Below the pieces are notes generated by a model, which had not been told where the DNA came from, ran no database searches, and was given only the letters and a program-made list of their open reading frames with translations. From Candidatus Saccharimonadales bacterium (GTDB taxonomy: Bacteria > Patescibacteriota > Saccharimonadia > Saccharimonadales > 2-12-FULL-41-12): a stretch of 64,000 nt of DNA. Every line of letters begins with the position of its first letter. Position 1 is the stretch's first letter. Location of the stretch: the NCBI GenBank assembly GCA_036276755.1, contig DASUOG010000010.1, positions 155 through 64,154 on the forward strand, given 5' to 3'. The translations under genes and the position numbers were made by a program. Below, piece after piece: positions 52,892 through 60,969 of the stretch.

Positions 52892-53572
52892 GTGAGATAT
52901 ACGTTACATACGTCCAAAAGGGCTGATTGGGAGATACTTGGGAAAAATCCTAAGAACATCTGGCAGGTTATTGCCGCGAAATCATATGGCGTCCTAACAC
53001 CCGGGAACATGGCCAGTTTCATCGGCGGCGCTTTGGCGCTTTATGGTTTATGGATAATCTTGAGCGGAGACACCGTAAAAGGGCTGGTGTTTTTGAGCGT
53101 CGGTCGTTTGGCAGATGTAGCCGATGGGATAATCGCGGAATATACCAGGACCAAAAGCCCTCTAGGCGAAATAGTAGATGCCGCGATGGATAAGCTTGTC
53201 GTAGCGGCGACTTTGATAGTGCTGGGTGCCTTGGAACTGATACCTTGGATAATAATAATAGTCATAGCTTTGCAGAACTCGGCTAACGTGGTGATCAGTG
53301 TCGTCGCAAAACTCAGGCATAAATACCTCCACCCTTCCCGCCTGGGCAAGGTGTCGTCGGCTTTCAGCTGGATTACGATAATTCTTTATCCGCTGGGAGA
53401 TTGGCTGCGGCAGGATGTCTCTACCGTCGGCGGCAACGCGTTAATAACACTATCGCTGATTTGTTTCGGCATCTATGCAGTCATGGGGCTAAGGGCCAGT
53501 CTCAGCTACGCGGATGCAATATATAAGAAACCGGCTAAGAAACTTATAGATTATTTGGGCAAAAAACCATAA
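52892..53572 (+). CDS. CDP-alcohol phosphatidyltransferase family protein
   Basis: Motif ADVADGIIAEYTRTKSPLGEIVDAAMDKLV. Tracked start 52784 overlaps the divergent gene. GTG 52892 follows a TGATAAT box; the start is uncertain. Confidence 0.7.
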   Translation: MRYTLHTSKRADWEILGKNPKNIWQVIAAKSYGVLTPGNMASFIGGALALYGLWIILSGDTVKGLVFLSVGRLADVADGIIAEYTRTKSPLGEIVDAAMDKLVVAATLIVLGALELIPWIIIIVIALQNSANVVISVVAKLRHKYLHPSRLGKVSSAFSWITIILYPLGDWLRQDVSTVGGNALITLSLICFGIYAVMGLRASLSYADAIYKKPAKKLIDYLGKKP

Positions 53573-53584
53573 AATAAGTAAATC

Positions 53585-54589
53585 ATGAAAAAGGGTGAGG
53601 CTGATCTAAACAGGCCGGATCCGGGCAGTCTTTTGGTCCGGTTTGATAGACTCGTGGTTATTTATAACCCGGTCAGTACCAATTCGCGCCGGAGCCGCCG
53701 CCGGATCGCCGAACTTAAAGATCTGTTTCCTTCCAAAGAAGTAGCAGTGGTGGAAACTTCGCCCGATGGCCTGGAAGCAAACAAGAAATTAATCGCCCGC
53801 GAAGCAAAAAAATTTAATAAACGCACGCTAATCTGCATAGCTGCTGGCGACGGTACGGTCAGCGCAGTCCTTGATGCCCTGTTGACCGACAAAAGCATAC
53901 CGGCCGCGGCGCGGAAGGTGCCGATTCTTCCTTTGTGGGGCGGTAACGCCAATGATCTGGCATATATGGCGAACGGTTTTTCTAATAAAAACAGCCTGAA
54001 ACATATATTCGAAAAAGGAGAAATCGTACCCGTTTATCCACTAAGCGTGAGGGTAAGCCATAAAAAGAAGATTAACAAGCGCGTAGCCGCCTGTTATGTA
54101 AGTTTCGGTGCGTCGGCTTACGCGGCCCAGCAGACGGAACTGCCAAAAAACAAAAAAAAGAAAATACATGTAATTCCCGGTACAAGGGTAGCTACGGAAT
54201 TTTGGACGGTTACCAAAGCCTTGATCAAGGCCAAGACCTTCACTATAAATGTGGACGGCGAAGAGCAATCGGTTTACGAACGTATCTTCGTGAACGGCTC
54301 GCGGATAGCCAAGATCGACCGTTTGCCGGTAAAACTCAACGAAAGGGCGTTCTATGAGGCCACGTTGGATAAGAAACATCCCAAAGCGTTGGTATCCCTG
54401 CTCTCTGCCCTGAAGATTTTGCGAAACCGTACCTACGGAGAGATCAGCGAGAAGAATTATTCCTTTGCCTTAAACAGCGAGGCGTGGTCGCAGATAGACG
54501 GCGAGGTAGTCAAATTGCCGGCGGGGACAGAAATAGAGATAAGCCTTAGTCCCGTGCCCTTTCATATAATAAGTACCAAGCTCGGATAA
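53585..54589 (+). CDS. diacylglycerol-kinase-family lipid kinase (YegS/BmrU-like)
   Basis: 334 aa. DAGK catalytic domain with ..ICIAAGDGTVSAVLDAL.. and ..PLWGGNANDLA... Confidence 0.82.
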   Translation: MKKGEADLNRPDPGSLLVRFDRLVVIYNPVSTNSRRSRRRIAELKDLFPSKEVAVVETSPDGLEANKKLIAREAKKFNKRTLICIAAGDGTVSAVLDALLTDKSIPAAARKVPILPLWGGNANDLAYMANGFSNKNSLKHIFEKGEIVPVYPLSVRVSHKKKINKRVAACYVSFGASAYAAQQTELPKNKKKKIHVIPGTRVATEFWTVTKALIKAKTFTINVDGEEQSVYERIFVNGSRIAKIDRLPVKLNERAFYEATLDKKHPKALVSLLSALKILRNRTYGEISEKNYSFALNSEAWSQIDGEVVKLPAGTEIEISLSPVPFHIISTKLG

Positions 54590-54645
54590 ATTGGTTATTG
54601 ATATAAAATTTTTGCTATACTATTGCTATACATAAGGGAGTTTAG

Positions 54646-55302
54646 GTGAAGTTTTTCATTGATACTGCTAATTTATCCGAAATAAAAAAAGCGGCAGACT
54701 ACGGGGTACTCGACGGCGTAACTACGAATCCGAGCCTGATGGCGAAAATCGGCATCAAGGGTCGCCCGAATATCAAAAAGCATTATAAAGATATCTGCGA
54801 TTTGGTTGGAAACAATGTCAGTGCCGAGGTCATCGCTGCCGATTATGATGAGATTATGAAGGAAGCGCGTGAACTTGCGGCTATCGATGACAAGATAGTG
54901 GTCAAGGTGCCGATGATCCCGGAAGGAGTAAAAGCTATCTCTACCCTGTCCAAAGAAGGCATCAGGACAAATTGTACGTTGGTATTTTCCGCCGGACAGG
55001 CCTTATTGGCCGCCAAGGCCGGTGCAAGTTATGTCAGTCCGTTCATCGGCCGGCTCGATGATGTTTCGACCGACGGGATGAGGCTGATCGAAGAGATAGT
55101 AGCCATTTATCAGAACTATGATTACCCTACCGAAGTGTTGGCTGCGAGCATCCGTCATCCGATGCATATCGTGACTTCGGCGATCGCCGGCGCGGATGTC
55201 GCTACCTGTCCGCTGAGTGTCATCGAAAAACTATTCAACCATCCGCTTACCGACACAGGCCTGGAAAAATTCTTAAGCGACTATAAGACGAGTCAGGCGT
55301 GA
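54646..55302 (+). CDS. tal: transaldolase / fructose-6-phosphate aldolase (short type 3B)
   Basis: 218 aa. MKFFIDTANLSEIKKA..GVTTNPSL and the Schiff-base Lys context VVKVP. GTG start with SD AAGGGAG. Confidence 0.9.
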   Translation: MKFFIDTANLSEIKKAADYGVLDGVTTNPSLMAKIGIKGRPNIKKHYKDICDLVGNNVSAEVIAADYDEIMKEARELAAIDDKIVVKVPMIPEGVKAISTLSKEGIRTNCTLVFSAGQALLAAKAGASYVSPFIGRLDDVSTDGMRLIEEIVAIYQNYDYPTEVLAASIRHPMHIVTSAIAGADVATCPLSVIEKLFNHPLTDTGLEKFLSDYKTSQA

Positions 55303-55330
55303 GTATACGCGGAGGAAGATTTATAACAGG

Positions 55331-57337
55331 ATGACCATAGACCAAAAAGCCGCCAATACGATTAGGATCTTATCAGTGGCGATGGTCGAGCGCGCCAAGA
55401 GCGGACATCCCGGCGGGCCGATGGGTGCCGCCGATTTTATTCATGTACTGTTTTCCGAATTTATGGTTGAAGATCCTGATGACCCCAAGTGGCCGTGGCG
55501 CGACCGGTTCTTCCTTGATGCGGGACATATGTCGCCGATGCTTTATAGCATTCTGGCCTTGACCGGTCGGATGCCTATTTCCGAAATAAAGAATTTTCGT
55601 CAATTGGACAGTAAAACTCCCGGCCATCCGGAACGGGATTTAGAGCATGGCATAGAAAACACCAGCGGCCCGCTCGGCCAGGGGCACGCCTTTGGTGTCG
55701 GCGCGGCGGTTGCCGCCAAGTTTTTAGAAGCCCGCTTTGGCGATTGGCAGGCTCATAATATCTATTGTTTCATCAGTGACGGTGGTATTCAGGAGGAAAT
55801 CAGCCAGGGCGCGGGACGCATCGCCGGCAATTTGGGCCTAGGCAATCTGATCATGTTTTATGACAGCAACCACATCCAGCTCTCGACGGAGACAAAGCTG
55901 GTGACACATGAGGATACGGCTAAGAAGTACGAGGCCTGGGGCTGGCAGGTGATCAAGATTAATGGCAATAATCAGGACGAAATCCGCTCTGCCCTAAAAG
56001 CTGCCAACGCCGAAAAATCCAAACCGACGCTGATTATCGGCGACACGGTCATGGGCAAAGGCGCGCTAGCTGAAGACGGCAAAAGCTTTGAACACCAAGT
56101 CAGCATGCACGGCCAACCAATAACCGGTGCCGGCGGTTCTTATGAAATGACGATTAAAAATTTAGGCGGCGATCCGGACAATCCGTTCGTCATTCCTGAT
56201 GAAGTGAAAAAACTTTATGAAGTTGCGGCCGAGCGCAAACGTAAGCTAGTCGCCGACCGGAACAATGTTGAGAAACAATGGCGGGCAAAGGATAAGGATA
56301 AAGCCGAACGGCTGGACGCTTACCTTGCCGGCAAAGTACCCGCCCTTGCCTGGGAAAAGCTCGCCGAGGACCAAAAGCCTGATATTGCAACCCGGGCCAG
56401 CAGCAGCTACGTGCTGGGCGAATTCGCGGAGAATATCGGTAATATGATAGTCATGAGCGCCGACCTGGCTAACAGCGATAAGACCGACGGCTTTTTGAAA
56501 AAATCCAAGCCAATCATACCAGGGGATTTCTCCGGAGCATTCCTGCACTGCGGCGTAAGTGAATTTTCTATGGCGGCGATGGCCGTCGGCATGGGTCTGC
56601 ACGGCGGAGTCATTCCCGTCTGCGGTACGTTCTTTGCCTTCTCCGATTATCAAAAACCGGCTCTGCGGCTGGCTGCTTTGATGGAAGTGCCGGTCAAGTT
56701 CCTCTGGACGCACGACGCTTTCCGCGTCGGCGAGGACGGTCCTACACACCAACCGATTGAGCAGGAGGCACAATTAAGACTGCTCGAAAAAGTCCATAAC
56801 CATTCCGGCAAGCCGGGGTTTTTGGTCCTGCGTCCGGCAGATTCTGCCGAAACTACAGTCGCTTGGAAAATGGCCATAGAAAACACCAAGTCCCCCACCG
56901 GACTTATCCTTACCCGCCAGAACATCAGCGAAGTTACGGACTATAAAACCGCGCTAGGCGCGGAAAAAGGCGCCTATGTTGCATATGAGCCTGCTAGCAA
57001 ACCGGAGCTTGTAGTAGTAGCTAACGGCAGCGAAGTCGGCACGGCTTATGAGGCGATCAAGCTCTTGGGAAAGCATAATATACGCTTAGTTTCCATACCT
57101 AGTGAAGGGCTTTTTCGTGAGCAATCAAAAACATACCAGGATTCGGTTTTGCCGGAAGGTATTCCCCGCTTCGGCGTAACTGCCGGCCTTGCCGTTAACC
57201 TTTTTGGCCTAGTCGGTGACCTGGATCGGATTCATAGCCTGGAGCATTTTGGTTTCAGCGCCCCTTATCAAAAACTTGATGAACAATTCGGCTTCACCGC
57301 CGAAAACCTCGCCGCCAAAATCCAAAAGTTGTTTTAA
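55331..57337 (+). CDS. tkt: transketolase
   Basis: 668 aa. ..SGHPGGPMGAA.., GPLGQGHAFGVG, ThDP motif GDGGIQEEIS..NLI.FYDSN and ..GEDGPTHQPIE... Confidence 0.95.
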   Translation: MTIDQKAANTIRILSVAMVERAKSGHPGGPMGAADFIHVLFSEFMVEDPDDPKWPWRDRFFLDAGHMSPMLYSILALTGRMPISEIKNFRQLDSKTPGHPERDLEHGIENTSGPLGQGHAFGVGAAVAAKFLEARFGDWQAHNIYCFISDGGIQEEISQGAGRIAGNLGLGNLIMFYDSNHIQLSTETKLVTHEDTAKKYEAWGWQVIKINGNNQDEIRSALKAANAEKSKPTLIIGDTVMGKGALAEDGKSFEHQVSMHGQPITGAGGSYEMTIKNLGGDPDNPFVIPDEVKKLYEVAAERKRKLVADRNNVEKQWRAKDKDKAERLDAYLAGKVPALAWEKLAEDQKPDIATRASSSYVLGEFAENIGNMIVMSADLANSDKTDGFLKKSKPIIPGDFSGAFLHCGVSEFSMAAMAVGMGLHGGVIPVCGTFFAFSDYQKPALRLAALMEVPVKFLWTHDAFRVGEDGPTHQPIEQEAQLRLLEKVHNHSGKPGFLVLRPADSAETTVAWKMAIENTKSPTGLILTRQNISEVTDYKTALGAEKGAYVAYEPASKPELVVVANGSEVGTAYEAIKLLGKHNIRLVSIPSEGLFREQSKTYQDSVLPEGIPRFGVTAGLAVNLFGLVGDLDRIHSLEHFGFSAPYQKLDEQFGFTAENLAAKIQKLF

Positions 57338-58677
57338 GCCCCGTCTTTGAACAATAGGTTCAGATAACGGGTACCGGTGAACGGTATCTTCTGCTTGACT
57401 ATGCGCTTGCCGCCCAGGGTGTTAAGCGAATGGATAACGAAGTTGCCGTAGCGTTCATTAAGTTCGTCCACGGCTCCGGTAAGCCATTCTTCCTTATTTA
57501 TTTCGTCGAACAGGCTGGGCTGGCCCCGGGTAGTTGGCGATAAATTGTAACAGGTTATGCCCATTATGGTTAAGTTCGAGTGCCGCGGACGTTTGTTAAA
57601 CAGGTAAAGTGCCCGCTCGTATATTTCCCTGTCCGTATAAAAGCTTTTGCGCCAGGTCCGGCGGGCATGCCAGCGCTCTCCGTTAGAGAGGCCTGCCCAG
57701 ACCAGAACTCCCCTAGCGTCGACGCCATTGAACCGCAGTTTCTTACCCGTGGTTTCGCATAAATAATGAAACCGTGGCAGAAGTTCGCGGTCGTCATTGG
57801 TGCGTTTGTCCAGAGCGAATTGTCGGCCTACCTGGCCAAGTCGGGTCGGCTCATCGTCTACCTCGTAACCGCGCAGGCGCTGGTACCATTCGTCGCCGAC
57901 GATTCCGCGAAAAACCAGCCGGCGCAGCGTATCTGCCGAAGTGTTTAAAAAATCCAATGGCGTAAATATACCGACGGAATTCAACCTGGCTTCGTAATGC
58001 CGGGCTATGCCGGGCAAATCGGTCAGTTCCAAACAGTCATAAGTTTCAAGCAGGTTTTTATGATCTATGACATCCAAGCCGTCCGGCTTGTTCAGCCCGG
58101 CGGCCGTCTTGGCCAAAAAACGGTTCGGTCCTATACCGATATTGACCCTTATCCAATGCCCCAGCTCGCTGCGCAGACGTGCTTTTATCTCCAAGGCTAT
58201 TGTCTCAAGCGACCGGTGGTTTATAAAATTACGAGTGCCGTGGAAGTCAATAATCCCCTCGTCGATACTACGCATCATGACATCCGGCGAATAGCTTTTC
58301 ATTATCTGAGCCAGCTTCTGGTGGACGTATAAATATTTCGGCGGATCGGTCTCCAGGATTATCAGCTCCGGTATGATTTCCCTGGCCTGCATAAGCCCCA
58401 TACCGACCTTGACGCCGCGGTTCTTGGCCTCGTAGCTGGCGGCGATGATACAGCAGTTTTTGGATATACGGTTGGTCATGCCTAAGGGTTTGCCGCGCAA
58501 GGATGGTCTGGCCTGCTGTTCGGTCATCGCAAACGCACTGTTGAGGTCTATATGCATTATTTGCGGCAACTCCTTGCTTATCGGCAGATGACCCCAGTGA
58601 GTTTCTATGGCGGTCTTTGATTTACTAACACTTTTTGTCCGATCGGACCCTTTTTGTTGGTAGTTTTGGGAAGACAT
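57334..58677 (-). CDS. dinB: Y-family DNA polymerase (DinB/Pol IV-like)
   Basis: ..MHIDLNSAFAMTEQ.., ..AASYEAKNRGVKVGM.. and ..SIDEGIIDF... Has an N-terminal ~40-aa extension. Confidence 0.82.
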   Translation of the reverse strand: MSSQNYQQKGSDRTKSVSKSKTAIETHWGHLPISKELPQIMHIDLNSAFAMTEQQARPSLRGKPLGMTNRISKNCCIIAASYEAKNRGVKVGMGLMQAREIIPELIILETDPPKYLYVHQKLAQIMKSYSPDVMMRSIDEGIIDFHGTRNFINHRSLETIALEIKARLRSELGHWIRVNIGIGPNRFLAKTAAGLNKPDGLDVIDHKNLLETYDCLELTDLPGIARHYEARLNSVGIFTPLDFLNTSADTLRRLVFRGIVGDEWYQRLRGYEVDDEPTRLGQVGRQFALDKRTNDDRELLPRFHYLCETTGKKLRFNGVDARGVLVWAGLSNGERWHARRTWRKSFYTDREIYERALYLFNKRPRHSNLTIMGITCYNLSPTTRGQPSLFDEINKEEWLTGAVDELNERYGNFVIHSLNTLGGKRIVKQKIPFTGTRYLNLLFKDGA

Positions 58678-58946
58678 CAGCTACTGCCCTCGATTATCGT
58701 AACCAGTGTCCATACGAGCATTTCGGCGTCGAATTCCAGGCGGTAGTCATTGGTCCCGTCGCTCATGTCGAAAACGTGTATCATCCGGCGGCCTTTGGTC
58801 GTCGGATGACGTAACCCCAACTCGGTAAAAATAATTTCCTCGCCCCTGTATTTCATTTTGGCGGGCATTATCAAATAGGCGGGTTCGCCGTGAGCTTTGA
58901 ACCGGGTTATTACTTCTACTCTTTGATTTATTTCGACAAAATTCAT
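58677..58946 (-). CDS. hypothetical small protein coupled to the Y-family polymerase
   Basis: 89-aa ORF whose stop overlaps the polymerase ATG (ATGA). No family assigned. Confidence 0.55.
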   Translation of the reverse strand: MNFVEINQRVEVITRFKAHGEPAYLIMPAKMKYRGEEIIFTELGLRHPTTKGRRMIHVFDMSDGTNDYRLEFDAEMLVWTLVTIIEGSS

Positions 58947-59123
58947 ATCTAAACAACTCTTTTAGGTTGACTGTCACTGAACGGATTTTGGTAGTTAGCT
59001 GCCCGGTAGAATTTTGCGACCGTTCAACCGCTTGTTCATAACGGGAAACTTGTTGTTTAGATAAGGATACGCAGGGACCGTAGTATGCGTTCCTGGATTT
59101 ATTATAACTGGATTAGATAGAAC

Positions 59124-59786
59124 TTAGTAGTTTCTTTTAAAGTTGGGCAGCGGAGTTTTGGGCGGCATATCTTCGCGGATACGTACGCTTATACCGGCAG
59201 CCAAGCTGCTGGGGCTGGAAGCCTTAATCTTACAATTGTGACCTATAGTCACCCCTGGATCGACATACCCGCTGCCGGATATATATACATTATCCTCTAT
59301 CGTTACATCCCTGCACACGGTCACTTCAGAGCCGAGCCGGACATTTGAACCGATACTTACATTGGAGCCTATTTCTGCTCCTTCTAAAATTCTTGTATAA
59401 GTTCCCGTACTGCTTCCCCTGCCGAAGAGTCGCGCCCTTATAACAGAATAAGCTCCCAGGGTTATTCCGGAAGAGAATCTGGCGTCGCCCGGTATCAGCA
59501 CGCGGCTGTCAATCCGGCTCGGGTCACCCTCCGCTTCTTCAACAAACTCAACACCGGGGCCAATAAGTATTCCCTGTGCAAGCACTAAGTCTGCCGGCAG
59601 TTCAACACTTGGATGTATAAGGTTTCCCTTACCGTCAAGCTCATATTCCTCACCTTTGTGGAGTAGACGCTCCCCGGCGAATGATTGTCCCATTTCAAGC
59701 GGGGGCGTTAATTCCTGCGAACCTTCCGGCGAGAATCCAAGTATCCGTCCTTTGTTATCAGTTTGAGCGCTAAAATTTACTGGCAT
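59124..59786 (-). CDS. left-handed beta-helix (hexapeptide-repeat) protein, paralog 1
   Basis: The C-terminal half carries imperfect hexapeptide repeats (IGSNVSIGSNVRLGSEVTVCRDVTIEDNVYISGSGYVDPGVTIGHNCKI). The N-terminal ~80-aa domain is shared with paralog 2. Confidence 0.6.
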   Translation of the reverse strand: MPVNFSAQTDNKGRILGFSPEGSQELTPPLEMGQSFAGERLLHKGEEYELDGKGNLIHPSVELPADLVLAQGILIGPGVEFVEEAEGDPSRIDSRVLIPGDARFSSGITLGAYSVIRARLFGRGSSTGTYTRILEGAEIGSNVSIGSNVRLGSEVTVCRDVTIEDNVYISGSGYVDPGVTIGHNCKIKASSPSSLAAGISVRIREDMPPKTPLPNFKRNY

Positions 59787-59861
59787 AAACCATAAATCTC
59801 CTAAAATTTAAATTTATTTTAACATTAAATACACAGATTAGCAATTATATTTTGTTGTTGA

Positions 59862-60509
59862 TTACGCAAGATTATTTGTCCGCAGTCTGGAGTTTGGACC
59901 GATTATCATATCCTGAGGTATGCGTACGCCTTCGCCTATGTAGACCCGTGCGCCAAGCTCGGCGTTTGGGCCGATTACCGCGTTGTCATCGATCCGAACA
60001 TGACTTTCTGCGGTTACGCCGCTTGAGACCTGGACGTTTTCGCCGGTAACCACCGAGGCACCCAAGCTCACGCCGTCGCTGACATTGGTCCTTGGCCCAA
60101 TCTTGCCATAAGGGCCGATGTCGCTTTCGCCGATGGAAGCGCCAAGCCGGACTACGGTATGGGTAGCAATATGCAACCCTGAGCGCAGTCTTGTCTCGCC
60201 GGAAATGGCTACCCGGTCTTCGATGACAGTCGGCTTATCATTGGATGGATTCGTAAAAACTATGTTCGGACCAAGCAAAACCCCCGATCCTAAGCTGAGA
60301 TTTTCCGGCAGTTCTATATCGCAATGGATCAAATTGCCGTGTTCATCGAGTCTATATACCTCGCGTTTGTAGCTTATTCTTTCGCCGCCCTCCAGGTAGC
60401 GGCCTATATCTTCCGGTGCGATAACCTCATCGGAACCTTCCCTCATATAACCGGAAATCGTACCTTTTTTCTGACTGGTTTTGACCGTGAATATTTCGGG
60501 GTTTGACAT
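59862..60509 (-). CDS. left-handed beta-helix (hexapeptide-repeat) protein, paralog 2
   Basis: Aligns with paralog 1 from MSNPEIFTVKTSQKKGTISGY (Met 60509; tracked start 60545). Shared block Y-L-D--GNLIH---ELP--L. Confidence 0.6.
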   Translation of the reverse strand: MSNPEIFTVKTSQKKGTISGYMREGSDEVIAPEDIGRYLEGGERISYKREVYRLDEHGNLIHCDIELPENLSLGSGVLLGPNIVFTNPSNDKPTVIEDRVAISGETRLRSGLHIATHTVVRLGASIGESDIGPYGKIGPRTNVSDGVSLGASVVTGENVQVSSGVTAESHVRIDDNAVIGPNAELGARVYIGEGVRIPQDMIIGPNSRLRTNNLA

Positions 60510-60580
60510 ACCTACTCCCACGATGAATTTGTCTATACTATACAAGTAAATTATAAATCACGCAAGTTTGTGGGGTGATA

Positions 60581-60967
60581 TCAAGTCGTTTTCAGGTTGT
60601 TTAAAAAAACAACCAGCTGTTTAGGTGTTATCTCGGCCTTGATCAGATAACCGTCGGCCTGCCTTTCTATTTCTTCGCGCACCTCGTCGCTTTGCTCCAA
60701 ATTAGTAGTTATGATTATCTTGGTTTTGATATTCGGAGCTTCATGCCTAAGCCTTTTTAGGACTTCTATGCCTAAAATATCGGGTATCATCAGGTCCAGC
60801 AGCATGATGTCATATTCGCCGGTCTTGGCAAGTTCCAAGCCTTCGGCGCCGCCTTTGACCAGCCTTACGTCATAGCCTTCCTTTTTGAGTGCGCGCTTAT
60901 AGAGCTCGCTAATGAACTCCTCGTCTTCTATGCACAGTACTTTTATCGGGTTTGGTGATATTTCCAT
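60581..60967 (-). CDS. single-domain response regulator (canonical)
   Basis: 128 aa. CIEDEE, DIMLLDLMIPDILG, TT and K in YLIKA. Confidence 0.85.
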   Translation of the reverse strand: MEISPNPIKVLCIEDEEFISELYKRALKKEGYDVRLVKGGAEGLELAKTGEYDIMLLDLMIPDILGIEVLKRLRHEAPNIKTKIIITTNLEQSDEVREEIERQADGYLIKAEITPKQLVVFLNNLKTT

Positions 60968-60969
60968 GG

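Noticed and set aside
59020-59060. LexA/Cheo-type SOS box upstream of the small-ORF/Y-family polymerase operon (GAACAAGCGGTT on the minus strand; GTTCATAACGGGAAC).
   Set aside because: The half-sites do not fit GAAC-N4-GTTC. The second half reads GGTT, or the orientation and spacing are wrong. No lexA is visible in this window.
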